From Candidatus Neptunichlamydia sp. (GTDB taxonomy: Bacteria; Chlamydiota; Chlamydiia; Chlamydiales; Simkaniaceae): DNA of 64,000 nt. Within the stretch, counting starts at the first letter, position 1; the number at the start of each line of letters is the position of its first letter. The notes under the pieces were generated by a model that saw only the letters and a list, made by a program, of their open reading frames with translations, was not told the origin of the DNA and ran no database searches. Where the stretch lies: the NCBI GenBank assembly GCA_965233865.1, contig OZ247587.1, positions 1,088,001 to 1,152,000 of the forward strand. Reading direction: 5' to 3'. Both the position numbers and the translations under genes were made by a program. Shown here in pieces: positions 40,411 to 50,350 of this stretch.

Positions 40411-42015
40411 TTACCTTTTTGTAAACTCTGGCTTAAAATCAATTTCAACACTTTCATTCTTAATTTTTTCTAAAGGAACAATGTCCATTTTAAGTCCCTG
40501 ATCAAATAAAGTTAGAAGCTCTTTTGTCGATATATTTGTCACCTGCCGAGCCATCCATTCATTTTCCATAACAACATTCATGGGCAAATTCACAACTTTT
40601 GATTGGTCGTAGTATAATCCAACTTGGGATAAATCTGCATGTTCATTCCACAGAGCCTGTAAAATATTTGGACTGTGAAACTTCATGCATAAAAAGTAGG
40701 GGTAGATATCTTCCTTTCTAAATAGGGTCATGTTGACAGAATTTGGAAGCGACCACTCCCCATCCATCTCAGAAAATTGCCAAGCATTCACACCCTCAGC
40801 AATGGAAATTCTTTTCTCTTCAATATGGTTATCTAGATGGCATCCTAACCTAAAATAGAACCCATACGCACCTGTTTCCTTTAAAGATTGGGTCGCTTTA
40901 TTGAGGTCGATAAAATCCTTTATTACATTGCCATCCAAAGCAAAAGCTACAAAGCGCGCAGTAGATACATTTCGATCAAAAACAGTTTTTTTAACTACAT
41001 GGGCAAAATTTTCAGAAGGATTTTCAACTGGCTGACGGATGCATATCACATGAGGAAATGCCTCTTTAACTTTCTGATAGCCTTTTTCATAATGATCATT
41101 TCCCGCTCGATAAATCACAAACTGTCGATGAAGATTCTCCAGATATTTATCCGAAGACTCTAGAAAGGCATAGAGCTGCAGTGGCCGATTGTAGGAAAAA
41201 ACTACAATATCAACCCGTTCCTTATCTAAAGTATAGTCATGCCATGGGTTTTCCCTAACAGGAGCATAGCTTTTTATTTCTAAATGATCCGCTTCTGCCT
41301 TGTCTAAGGGGCTCAAAATAAGGGGCTCGGGAATTAAATATGCATGCTCTCTAGAAAGCCCCAAAAGAGGCGTTGCAATGACTCTCTCATACTCTCCTGC
41401 CTTAAAGGCACCATCTGTCAAAAAATCTTGGAGTTTGATGTGTTTAAAAAGCCCGGCATAAAAAATTTGATAACTTTCCCCTGCAGCAATTTTTTCAAAT
41501 GAGTTGAGTCTCATTTCCTCACCTGATGCTATCCACACTGCAGAATCTGCAAAATATCTGTTCAAGTGATTGAGAACATCATTGTGAGCAAGCATCTCCT
41601 CATTTCTGAGGAGCACCACAATCTCATTAGATTTGCACGAGTGAACTGCCCTATACAGGCTTTCAATGCTCCCAATAGGCTTCTTATTCCTTATATAGCT
41701 CACCTTTCCCCCTTGGTCGTACTTTTCAACAAATGAGGAACCTATGTTTAATCCATCGTCGATGTAAATCACCCGAAAGTTAGGGTAGTTTTGGCTGAGA
41801 GTTGACAGCAAGCTTTGTTCAGCAACACCTTTACTACCTAGAGCATATGTAATGACAACAAAGGATTTGTTGTGAATAACAGGCTCAGTTGCATAAGCTG
41901 TTTGCTTTCTTTGCATATGCTTCTTTTCCTGAATCTCCTCCCTGATTTCTCGATAGCTCACCCCAAGCGCAAATCCAATTCCAATCAAAAACAGAATAAA
42001 TAAAAGCCGTTTCAT
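40411..42015 (-). CDS. Membrane-anchored GT2-like glycosyltransferase with a second GT-A-like domain
   Basis: N-terminal TM, STLSQNYPNFRVIYIDDG, VVFSYNRPLQLYAFLES. Confidence 0.75.
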   Translation of the reverse strand: MKRLLFILFLIGIGFALGVSYREIREEIQEKKHMQRKQTAYATEPVIHNKSFVVITYALGSKGVAEQSLLSTLSQNYPNFRVIYIDDGLNIGSSFVEKYDQGGKVSYIRNKKPIGSIESLYRAVHSCKSNEIVVLLRNEEMLAHNDVLNHLNRYFADSAVWIASGEEMRLNSFEKIAAGESYQIFYAGLFKHIKLQDFLTDGAFKAGEYERVIATPLLGLSREHAYLIPEPLILSPLDKAEADHLEIKSYAPVRENPWHDYTLDKERVDIVVFSYNRPLQLYAFLESSDKYLENLHRQFVIYRAGNDHYEKGYQKVKEAFPHVICIRQPVENPSENFAHVVKKTVFDRNVSTARFVAFALDGNVIKDFIDLNKATQSLKETGAYGFYFRLGCHLDNHIEEKRISIAEGVNAWQFSEMDGEWSLPNSVNMTLFRKEDIYPYFLCMKFHSPNILQALWNEHADLSQVGLYYDQSKVVNLPMNVVMENEWMARQVTNISTKELLTLFDQGLKMDIVPLEKIKNESVEIDFKPEFTKR

Positions 42016-42178
42016 GAAATATATACTCCAACAGCAGTAATTTTTTGAAAAACACGTTACTTGGTTCACAATTCTCATTCAACCCAAAAAATAGAATTCA
42101 TAGATGTCCATTGAAAGGTTGCAATAAATCCTGAAAATTAAGTAGCCTGCAATGTTTATCATTTATTTAACGAACTAT

Positions 42179-44764
42179 ATGGAAAAATCAGAAGGCAAAA
42201 CACTCATTATCGTTGAATCTCCTACAAAAGTGAAGACCCTAAAAAAATTTTTAGGGGATTCTTATCATGTGGAGTCATCGGTTGGTCATATTCGAGATCT
42301 TCCTTCAAAAGGATTTGGAATCGATCTTGCAAACAATTTTGAGCCAGCATATGAAAACCTTCCTGATAAGAAGGCTGTCATTGCAAAACTCAAAAAAGCC
42401 GCGAAAGAGTGTGACACCGTTTATCTTTCTCCCGACCCTGACCGAGAAGGGGAGGCCATCGCATGGCACATTGCGCATATTCTGCCAAAGGGCCCTATAG
42501 TTAAACGGGTGACCTTCAATGCGATTACTAAAGATGCGGTTTCTGAGGCTTTAAAACACCCTCGAGAGATTGACCATTCAACAGTAAATGCTCAGCAAGC
42601 ACGCCGCTTGTTAGACCGTATGGTAGGTTATAAAATCTCTCCCCTATTGCAAAGACGCATTAAACGAAGTGGCACGACAAGCCTGTCTGCTGGTCGAGTT
42701 CAATCTATTGCACTCAAGCTAGTTGTCGATCGTGAACTTGAAATTGAAGCCTTTAACCCAGTAGAATACTGGACCATAGGAGCAACCCTTCAAGGAAATC
42801 CAAAAGAACGTTCGATATCAGCTTCTCTCCACTTAATTGAAGGAAAGCGGGTTGAAAAGGAAGTGATTGTTGGCAAAGATGTCGCCCTCATTTCTAATGA
42901 AGAAGATGCCAAAAAACTTGTCGCTCAGCTTGAGCACTCTTCCTACAAAATTTCGAAGGTCGAAAAGAAAGAGAAAAAAAGAAACCCCGTTCCCCCATTT
43001 ATCACTTCAACTCTTCAACAAGAGGCCAGCCGCCATTATGGCTATGCAGCCTCTCGAACAATGGGAATCGCACAAAGTCTCTATGAAGGGGTCGATCTCG
43101 GCACTGAAGGAACAGAGGGTTTGATCACCTATATGCGTACAGACTCCGTTCGCGTCGAAATGGAGGCGATCAACGCTGCTCGAACACTTATTGATGGCGC
43201 CTATGGCAAGGAATTTCTTCCTTCAAAACCAAAAATGTATGCTACCAAAAAAGGAGCACAAGATGCTCACGAAGCCATCCGACCAACCAATTTGAATCAC
43301 CCTCCTGATTTGATCAAAAATCACCTTTCGATCGATCAATATAAACTTTATGTCTTAATCTGGCGCCGGTTCCTTGCTTCACAAATGAACCCAGCAGTCT
43401 ACGATACAGTCTCTTGCGAAATTGAAACGGATCAAAACTTAACCCTCCGTGCTTCTGGCTCTATCATCAAATTCCAAGGGTTTTTGGCTGTCTATCAAGA
43501 GAAAGAAGATCTCGATGATGATGAAAAGAAAAAACAAAATGAAGACAAACTCCTTCCCCCAGTAGAAGAAGGCCAAATCCTCAAACTTCTTAACGTAGAT
43601 TCAAACCAATCGTTCACAAAGCCACCTCCGCGTTTTACCGAAGCCTCTCTTGTAAAAGAACTTGAAAAATGCGGGATTGGACGTCCTTCTACTTACGCCT
43701 CTATTATGAACAAGATCCAAGGGCGTGCCTATACAACCAAGGAACGTTTAGCCATAAAGCCAACTGAACTTGGAAAAATTATTGCTCAGATGCTAGAAAA
43801 CCACTTCAACTTGATTATGGATATCAAGTTTACAGCTCGGATGGAAGCTGATCTTGATGAGATCGCAGAAAACAAAAAAGACTGGCAAGAGTTCTTAAAA
43901 GAATTTTGGACGAAGTTTGTTCCCATTTTAGAAAAAGCTGAAAAAGAAGCGTTTGTCCCCAAGTTGATGACAGATATTAACTGCCCAAAATGTGGAAACA
44001 AGCTTCAAAAAATTTGGGCGCGAGATAAGTATTTTTACGGTTGCTCCAATTATCCCGATTGTAAATTTACCGTTTCGATTGAATCGCTTGAATTTAAAAA
44101 AGAAGATTACGCAGAAAACTTTGACTGGGACCAAATTTGCCCCAAATGCAGCTCTCCAATGAAAATTCGCTTTGGCCGTTTTGGTGCCTTTCTTGGGTGT
44201 ACACATTACCCTGATTGCAACGGAATTGTTAACATTCCAAAAAAAGACGAACCTGTTCTGGAAGACATGCCTAAGTGCCCTGCAATTGGCTGCGACGGAG
44301 ATATCAAGCAAAGACGAAGTCGTTGGGGTAAGCCCTTCTTTAGCTGTTCCAACTACCCCGACTGTAATGTCATTGTGAACCAGCTGGATGACTTAGAAAT
44401 CAAGTATCAAGACTATCCCAAAACTCCTTATGTCAAAAAGGCATCTAAAAAAGGCGCTGCAAAAAAGGGTGCAAAGAAAAAAGTAATTAAGAAAACGGCT
44501 GCAAAGAAAAAAGGGGCAAAAAAAGCCGTTGGGAAACCCAATCCTCTTTCTCCAGAACTGCAGGCAATTGTAGGAGCCAAAGAGCTCTCTCGTATGGAGG
44601 TAACAAAAAAGGTTTGGGAGTATATCAAATCAAAGAATCTTCAAGATCCTAATAATAGAAGACTTATTGTGCCTGATGATAATCTTTCCAAGGTGTTCGG
44701 TCACTCTGACCCCATTGATATGATGAAACTTGCTGGCCTCCTTAGTAAACACATCCTAAAATGA
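42179..44764 (+). CDS. topA: DNA topoisomerase I with zinc ribbons and C-terminal SWIB domain
   Basis: IVESPTK, PDPDREGEAI, SAGRVQ, ITYMRTDS, three Cys4 ribbons, KKA-rich linker, then SWIB (VTKKVWEYIKSKNLQDPNNRRLI). Confidence 0.97.
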   Translation: MEKSEGKTLIIVESPTKVKTLKKFLGDSYHVESSVGHIRDLPSKGFGIDLANNFEPAYENLPDKKAVIAKLKKAAKECDTVYLSPDPDREGEAIAWHIAHILPKGPIVKRVTFNAITKDAVSEALKHPREIDHSTVNAQQARRLLDRMVGYKISPLLQRRIKRSGTTSLSAGRVQSIALKLVVDRELEIEAFNPVEYWTIGATLQGNPKERSISASLHLIEGKRVEKEVIVGKDVALISNEEDAKKLVAQLEHSSYKISKVEKKEKKRNPVPPFITSTLQQEASRHYGYAASRTMGIAQSLYEGVDLGTEGTEGLITYMRTDSVRVEMEAINAARTLIDGAYGKEFLPSKPKMYATKKGAQDAHEAIRPTNLNHPPDLIKNHLSIDQYKLYVLIWRRFLASQMNPAVYDTVSCEIETDQNLTLRASGSIIKFQGFLAVYQEKEDLDDDEKKKQNEDKLLPPVEEGQILKLLNVDSNQSFTKPPPRFTEASLVKELEKCGIGRPSTYASIMNKIQGRAYTTKERLAIKPTELGKIIAQMLENHFNLIMDIKFTARMEADLDEIAENKKDWQEFLKEFWTKFVPILEKAEKEAFVPKLMTDINCPKCGNKLQKIWARDKYFYGCSNYPDCKFTVSIESLEFKKEDYAENFDWDQICPKCSSPMKIRFGRFGAFLGCTHYPDCNGIVNIPKKDEPVLEDMPKCPAIGCDGDIKQRRSRWGKPFFSCSNYPDCNVIVNQLDDLEIKYQDYPKTPYVKKASKKGAAKKGAKKKVIKKTAAKKKGAKKAVGKPNPLSPELQAIVGAKELSRMEVTKKVWEYIKSKNLQDPNNRRLIVPDDNLSKVFGHSDPIDMMKLAGLLSKHILK

Positions 44765-46017
44765 TTACTCTGAGTAGTTTTCAAAGGTTCTTAATCTATT
44801 GCTTTGTCTTTTTTGGACCATTGGGAACCCTTCTTACCCCCTCCTTTATGCCCTACGCATTCCGGTTTTACCATTTTTTGCTAATTTTCTCACCTCTCTT
44901 CTTTGTTAACCTCAGAACAAGAGAGTGGAAAACAGTTTTAGCTTTTGTCCCTTTCATGGGCTATTGCCTCTTTTCGGCATACTTTACTCATAATAAAGAT
45001 TTCCACCAAGATGCATACCCTCTTTTCCGGTGCTTTCTTTTTGTAGCTCAGTGTCTTTTTATGTTCGGTGCAGCATTTTGCCTCCGTGATCGAAACGAGA
45101 GAGCAAGGCTCATTCGTATTTATCTAGCAGGTTTTTTCCTCTCCCTTGTAATCGGATATATCTTCTATATTGGTTTTTATTCGGGGAAAATTTCTTTTGC
45201 GATGATTCACCGCTACTCTGTTGAAGCACAAATGGGATGGGGACTTCTTCGCTTTTCTCCAGGAACATATCCTAATGAATATGGCAATGTATCCAGCTTT
45301 GCCCTTTCGCTTCTTCTTCTCCTATACGCAAAGAAAAAACGACTTTTGATCTTTCTCTTTGCTGGACTAACTCTTATCGCGTTTCTTCTCACTACAACGC
45401 GAGCTGCCTACCTTTCTTTTGGAGTCACACTCATCTATCTCTGCATTGCATCCCTTAAAACCCGGAAAGTAGTTATAAAAACCACTCTTCTTGGCTTAAC
45501 ACTCTTGTTGATTCTAAAAGCTTACTCGATCGATTTCTTTAAAATTTTTGCCGCTGGAGCCAAAGCAATTAGTTTTACTTATGGATCGACTGGAGTTCGA
45601 GTTGCTGAGTGGATGAAAGGGTTTAAGGATCTGAATAAAAGCATTTTTTTAGGGAATGGATTTGGCGCTAATATTCTCACCCATAATGTCTATTTAGAAC
45701 TCCTTTTTGAAGTAGGCCTCATCGGCACTCTCCTATTAGGAGGTACTCTCATTTACTACTTTGGGGAAAATAGCCATCGAATTCGAAAGATTTTTGTGCA
45801 GCTTAATGGTAATCAAGTCACTATTGTAGGATTGATTCATGTTTTTTTATTCGCTGCAACAAACCACAACATGCACCACCACCTCACATGGTTCATCTTT
45901 CTTCTATTTAATATGACTCTGTTTTCAAATCGGATAGACGGTGAAGATCTTTCTTCGAACAAACAACTACCTTCCCCTGGCTTTTTACCACAACGAGATC
46001 CTTTACTCCAAGAGTAA
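44761..46017 (+). CDS. O-antigen ligase/polymerase (WaaL/Wzy)-like membrane protein
   Basis: About 10-12 TMs; TTTRAA, STGVR..W, GNGFG, THNVYLELLFEVGLIG (Wzy_C-type motif). Confidence 0.8.
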   Translation: MITLSSFQRFLIYCFVFFGPLGTLLTPSFMPYAFRFYHFLLIFSPLFFVNLRTREWKTVLAFVPFMGYCLFSAYFTHNKDFHQDAYPLFRCFLFVAQCLFMFGAAFCLRDRNERARLIRIYLAGFFLSLVIGYIFYIGFYSGKISFAMIHRYSVEAQMGWGLLRFSPGTYPNEYGNVSSFALSLLLLLYAKKKRLLIFLFAGLTLIAFLLTTTRAAYLSFGVTLIYLCIASLKTRKVVIKTTLLGLTLLLILKAYSIDFFKIFAAGAKAISFTYGSTGVRVAEWMKGFKDLNKSIFLGNGFGANILTHNVYLELLFEVGLIGTLLLGGTLIYYFGENSHRIRKIFVQLNGNQVTIVGLIHVFLFAATNHNMHHHLTWFIFLLFNMTLFSNRIDGEDLSSNKQLPSPGFLPQRDPLLQE

Positions 46018-46885
46018 CAATATCGTCCCCAAAGACTAAACAATTTTCGCTTTCAATTGCTTCAATAGTGCCAGAAAAATAGTTCCCTTTTTCATCCTTT
46101 GGAAGGGTGGCATCCAATCGTTTCCAAGTTCCTAAATCTGACCAAACTGAAGGATAGGGGATCATACGAATATCCTCTGTTTTTTCCATTATAGCATGGT
46201 CAAAGGAAATTTTTGGAAGCAAAGAAAACGTTTCCATGCAAGAGCTATATGGAGTTTTCATCCACGCTGAAATTTCAGGAGCATATTTTTCAAATTCTTC
46301 TAAAAGATGTCCGATCTGAAAAACAAAAATCCCTGCATTCCAATAGTAATTTTCTTTTCCAATCAGGCGCACAGCTGTTTCAAAACTAGGTTTTTCTATA
46401 AATCTTTCAACAGGTAGAATTCCTGTTCTTCCACGCGTTTTGATATAGCCATAACCAGTTTCAGGATGGATTGGAACAACACCGAAAGTAACAATAGCGC
46501 GTTGACGCGCTCCTTCTTCAGCAATTGGAAGAAGCCTCATAAAATCTTCCTCATTCTCAAAATAAAGATCCGAAGGAGTCACCACACAGACATCTTCAGA
46601 AGTTGCTCTGCAGCAGTCGATCCAGTGTTTTAAACCTAAGGCAATGGCTGGCGCTGTACTTCTAGCTGAAGGCTCGATGAGAATAGTTTTTTTTACTTGC
46701 TCTTCAACAAGAGCACGGTGTTTTTGATTCGCTATCACCAATAAATCGTGATTAGACAACCGGGAAACGGTTTGCTCTAAAAGTGAACCTTCTTCACCTA
46801 AAGATAAAAATTGTTTAGGATAGTCCTCGCGCGATAAAGGCCATAAACGGGTTCCACTTCCTCCTGCAAGAATCAGTCCTTTCAT
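45908..46885 (-). CDS. manC: Mannose-1-phosphate guanylyltransferase
   Basis: LAGGSGTRLWPLSREDYPKQF, PETGYGYI, FIEKP, WNAGIF, WSDLGTW; no PMI cupin tail. Confidence 0.92.
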   Translation of the reverse strand: MKGLILAGGSGTRLWPLSREDYPKQFLSLGEEGSLLEQTVSRLSNHDLLVIANQKHRALVEEQVKKTILIEPSARSTAPAIALGLKHWIDCCRATSEDVCVVTPSDLYFENEEDFMRLLPIAEEGARQRAIVTFGVVPIHPETGYGYIKTRGRTGILPVERFIEKPSFETAVRLIGKENYYWNAGIFVFQIGHLLEEFEKYAPEISAWMKTPYSSCMETFSLLPKISFDHAIMEKTEDIRMIPYPSVWSDLGTWKRLDATLPKDEKGNYFSGTIEAIESENCLVFGDDIVTLGVKDLVVVKSQGKVVVCSKKDLHRLSDLKTESY

Positions 46886-47982
46886 CGAGTTTCCTCCACA
46901 GTTGTAGCCACTAAAGCTTGAAATTTTTCTTTGAAGATTTCCGGCCTAAATTTCTCAGAATGAGCGCGTATCTTTTTGGGGTCAAACTCTCTCTTTTCAA
47001 ATGCTTTAATCGCTTTTATCAAAGACGGTACTGATTGCTCCTCAAAGAAAAGTCCCGTTTCATTTTCTACAACAGTTTCACAAGCCCCTCCTTTTCCAAA
47101 AGCAATAACTGGAGTACCACAGCTTTGAGCCTCAACAGGAAGAATCCCAAAATCCTCTAATGCAGCGAAAACAAATCCTCTAGCGCGTTGCAAATAAGAG
47201 CGGAGAACGGAATCCTCTTGGTATCCCAAGATCTCGATATTCCCCTTAGCTTTTGCCTTCACTTTGTCCATTTCTGGACCATCCCCGATCACTACAAGTT
47301 TTTTGTCGGGCATTTCCCCAAAGGCTTCTACGATAAGATCCATCTTCTTATAGGGAACCATCCTTGATGCTGTTAGATAAAAATCTTCTTTCTTCTCACA
47401 GAGTGAAAAATAGTCAACATTTACGGGGGGGGAGATAACTGTAGCTTCCTTTTCATAAAGTTTTTTAATCCTTCTTGCTACATACTCCGAGTTTGCAACA
47501 TATGCATCCACACGAGAAGAACAATGGGTATCCCACATTCGAAGATAATGAAGAAAAAACTTTGCGAAAACCCCTTTTAATCCACTCTTCAGTTTCGCTT
47601 CCCTCAAGTACTGCTGGTAAAGATCCCAAGCATAGCGCATAGGGGTGTGGCAATAACAAATATGCAATTGATCAGCGTGGGTGAGAACACCCTTTGCAAT
47701 CGAATGAGACGATGAAATAACCAAGTCATAGTCCGATAGATCAAATTGCTCAATCGCTATAGGAAAAAGAGGTAGATAAGAACGATACTTGCTCTTTGCA
47801 CGTGGGAGTTTCTGAATGAATGAGGGTTTAACATCCATTTCTTTGAAGGGAGTTCCCTCCAGTTTTTTTGGATCTTGAACCAAAGTAAAAAGTTTTGCAG
47901 GAAAAGTTTCAGCCAGCATTTCCAAAACTTTTTCCGCGCCGCCCATAGTTGTAAGCCAATCATGTACCAATGCAACTCGCAT
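46882..47982 (-). CDS. GT4 family glycosyltransferase (WbaZ-like mannosyltransferase)
   Basis: VHDWLTTMGGAEKV, YCHTPMRYAWD, EDFGILPVEAQSCG. Confidence 0.9.
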   Translation of the reverse strand: MRVALVHDWLTTMGGAEKVLEMLAETFPAKLFTLVQDPKKLEGTPFKEMDVKPSFIQKLPRAKSKYRSYLPLFPIAIEQFDLSDYDLVISSSHSIAKGVLTHADQLHICYCHTPMRYAWDLYQQYLREAKLKSGLKGVFAKFFLHYLRMWDTHCSSRVDAYVANSEYVARRIKKLYEKEATVISPPVNVDYFSLCEKKEDFYLTASRMVPYKKMDLIVEAFGEMPDKKLVVIGDGPEMDKVKAKAKGNIEILGYQEDSVLRSYLQRARGFVFAALEDFGILPVEAQSCGTPVIAFGKGGACETVVENETGLFFEEQSVPSLIKAIKAFEKREFDPKKIRAHSEKFRPEIFKEKFQALVATTVEETR

Positions 47983-48300
47983 ACTCACCAATATAACTAA
48001 GGCCTACTCAACAAGCAACTCTAATCAATCGGCATAGACCCAGCACTTCGTCTAACTACCAAACTTCTTGCTCAAGAGAAGGTCTTAATCTAATTTTGAA
48101 GTTTTGACGCCAGTTTTTCAAACCTAGAAAACAACCCTCTATAACAGCATAAGCTCTATCGGCCTCTACTTGGCCACCTATTAAAAAAAATCAGAGAATT
48201 TCCTAATGCGTCACATGACTCATGAATTTTGGTTATAAACCCTCTACACGATATTATTTTCCGCTTATGACTTCAAAAAAATGGCAACCAGGGTTTGCGC

Positions 48301-48329
48301 TTGCGCGATGATAAGAAATTTTGTATAGT
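48301..48329 (+). promoter_or_regulatory. Putative sigma66/70 promoter of the sugar-biosynthesis operon
   Basis: TTGCGC-17 nt-TATAGT with TG before the -10. Confidence 0.55.
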
Positions 48330-48363
48330 GCCGTTCTTCGACTTATAACTATGGATGTGTAAC

Positions 48364-49359
48364 ATGCGTGTATTTATTCCAGGTGGAGCAGGCTACGTTG
48401 GATCGCTTCTCGTTCCAGCCTTATTGGATGCTGGTTATGAAGTAACTGTTTACGACCTTTTCCTCTATGGGGAAGAAGTCTTTGATGACATCAAAGATCA
48501 TCCCAAACTTAGACTTATAAAGGGCGATATTCGTAACCTTGACGAAATGAAAATTGTCTTAAATGGCGGATGTGATTTTGTTATTCACCTTGCCTGCATT
48601 TCAAATGACCCTAGCTTTGAACTCAATCCAGACCTTGGAAGGTCAATTAATCTTGATCCCTTTGAGCCGTTTGTTCAAATGGCAAAAAGAAAAGGAGTAA
48701 AGCGGTTTGTCTACGCCTCTTCATCTTCAGTATATGGTGTTAAAGATGTTCCTAATGTCACTGAAGACATGGAACTCAAGCCTCTAACCGACTACTCAAA
48801 GTATAAGGCAGCCTGCGAAAAAATCCTCCTAAAATATCAAGATGAAGATTTTACATGTTGTGTGCTCAGGCCTGCTACTGTCTGCGGATATGCTCCCCGA
48901 CAGCGCCTTGACGTTGTGGTCAATATTTTGACAAATCTGGCTTTTAATACTGGAAAAATCAAAGTTATGGGGGGAGATCAACTCCGTCCCAATATTCATA
49001 TACGCGATATGGTCCGTGCTTATTTGCATATATTGAAAGCACCCGCAGAAAAAATCCAGGGAGAAATCTTCAATGTAGGGTACCACAACCACTCGGTACA
49101 AGAGCTCGGAGACATCGTTCAATCCACTGTTGGAAAGAAAAAGGATGTCGACCTTGAGAAAACCCCAACCGATGATAACCGCTCATACCACGTGTCCTCT
49201 CAAAAGATTGCCGATACGCTTGGCTTTACACCCAACTATACCATCCAAGATGCTGTTGATAGCCTCGTTGAAGCTTTTGAAAGTGGAAAACTCCCAAATT
49301 CTCTCGATGACAAGCGATACTTTAATATCAAAACAATGAAGGCGGTCAATCTCCAGTGA
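48364..49359 (+). CDS. NAD-dependent epimerase/dehydratase (extended SDR)
   Basis: GGAGYVG, HLACISND, ASSSSVYG, YSKYK. Confidence 0.9.
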   Translation: MRVFIPGGAGYVGSLLVPALLDAGYEVTVYDLFLYGEEVFDDIKDHPKLRLIKGDIRNLDEMKIVLNGGCDFVIHLACISNDPSFELNPDLGRSINLDPFEPFVQMAKRKGVKRFVYASSSSVYGVKDVPNVTEDMELKPLTDYSKYKAACEKILLKYQDEDFTCCVLRPATVCGYAPRQRLDVVVNILTNLAFNTGKIKVMGGDQLRPNIHIRDMVRAYLHILKAPAEKIQGEIFNVGYHNHSVQELGDIVQSTVGKKKDVDLEKTPTDDNRSYHVSSQKIADTLGFTPNYTIQDAVDSLVEAFESGKLPNSLDDKRYFNIKTMKAVNLQ

Positions 49360-50339
49360 AAGCACTAGTAACTGGTGGGGCTGGATTTATTGGTAGCCAC
49401 CTCACACAACTTCTACTCAAAAATGGCCATGAAGTTATCGTATTAGACAACCTCCGCTCTGGAAGGCTTACAAACTTTGATGAGTTTAGGGACACCCCCA
49501 ACCTCAAATTTGTTAAAGAAGATATCCGCTCAGCAGATGCAATCCGCCCTTATTTTGATGGAGTCGATTGGGTGTTTCATATGGCAGCCTTGGCTGATGT
49601 CGTTCCTTCGATTGAATCGCCGCGCGATTATTTCGAAGTAAACGTGGATGGAACTTTTAATGTTCTTGAATGCTCAAAAGAAGCTGGTGTGAAACGATTC
49701 CTCTACACTGCTTCTTCTTCATGTTATGGCATTCCAGAAAACTATCCTACTTCAGAAGACGCACCTATCCAACCTCAGTACCCTTATGCACTAACCAAAT
49801 TTTTGGGTGAAGAACTCGCCATGCATTGGGAACAGGTTTATAAAATGCCCTGTCTTTCACTACGCCTCTTTAACGTCTACGGCCCTCGCGCTAGAACTAC
49901 GGGAACCTATGGCGCCGTTTTTGGAGTTTTTCTCACACAAAAACTCAACAACAAACCCATGACTGTCGTGGGCGATGGATCGCAAACGCGCGACTTCACC
50001 TTTGTTAAGGATGTTGCACGTGCTTTTCTTGCTGCTGCTGAGTCATCTGTCAGCGGAGAAATCTTTAATATTGGTAGTGGAAATCATTATTCAGTAAGCC
50101 ATATTGTAGAACTCCTCTCTGGAGATGCAGTCAATATTCCAAAACGTCCTGGAGAACCAGACTGCACTTTTGCCGATACAACAAAAATAGAAAAGATGCT
50201 TCATTTCAAAGCTGAGACCTCGTTTGAAGAGGGGGTGAAACAGCTTCTTGAAAAAATCGAAGATTTCCGTAAGGCCCCTTTATGGGACCCAGATAGCATT
50301 GAAGACGCAACAAAAACCTGGTTTCAATACCTCTCGTAA
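49356..50339 (+). CDS. NAD-dependent epimerase/dehydratase (extended SDR)
   Basis: GGAGFIG, ASSSCYG, YALTK, LFNVYGP, GDGSQTRDF. Confidence 0.9.
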   Translation: MKALVTGGAGFIGSHLTQLLLKNGHEVIVLDNLRSGRLTNFDEFRDTPNLKFVKEDIRSADAIRPYFDGVDWVFHMAALADVVPSIESPRDYFEVNVDGTFNVLECSKEAGVKRFLYTASSSCYGIPENYPTSEDAPIQPQYPYALTKFLGEELAMHWEQVYKMPCLSLRLFNVYGPRARTTGTYGAVFGVFLTQKLNNKPMTVVGDGSQTRDFTFVKDVARAFLAAAESSVSGEIFNIGSGNHYSVSHIVELLSGDAVNIPKRPGEPDCTFADTTKIEKMLHFKAETSFEEGVKQLLEKIEDFRKAPLWDPDSIEDATKTWFQYLS

Positions 50340-50350
50340 AAGGAGCAGCA

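Noticed and set aside
44440..44764. KKA-rich linker and SWIB domain on TopA as a novelty
   Set aside because: The TopA-SWIB fusion is a known chlamydial feature; used only as a taxonomic clue.
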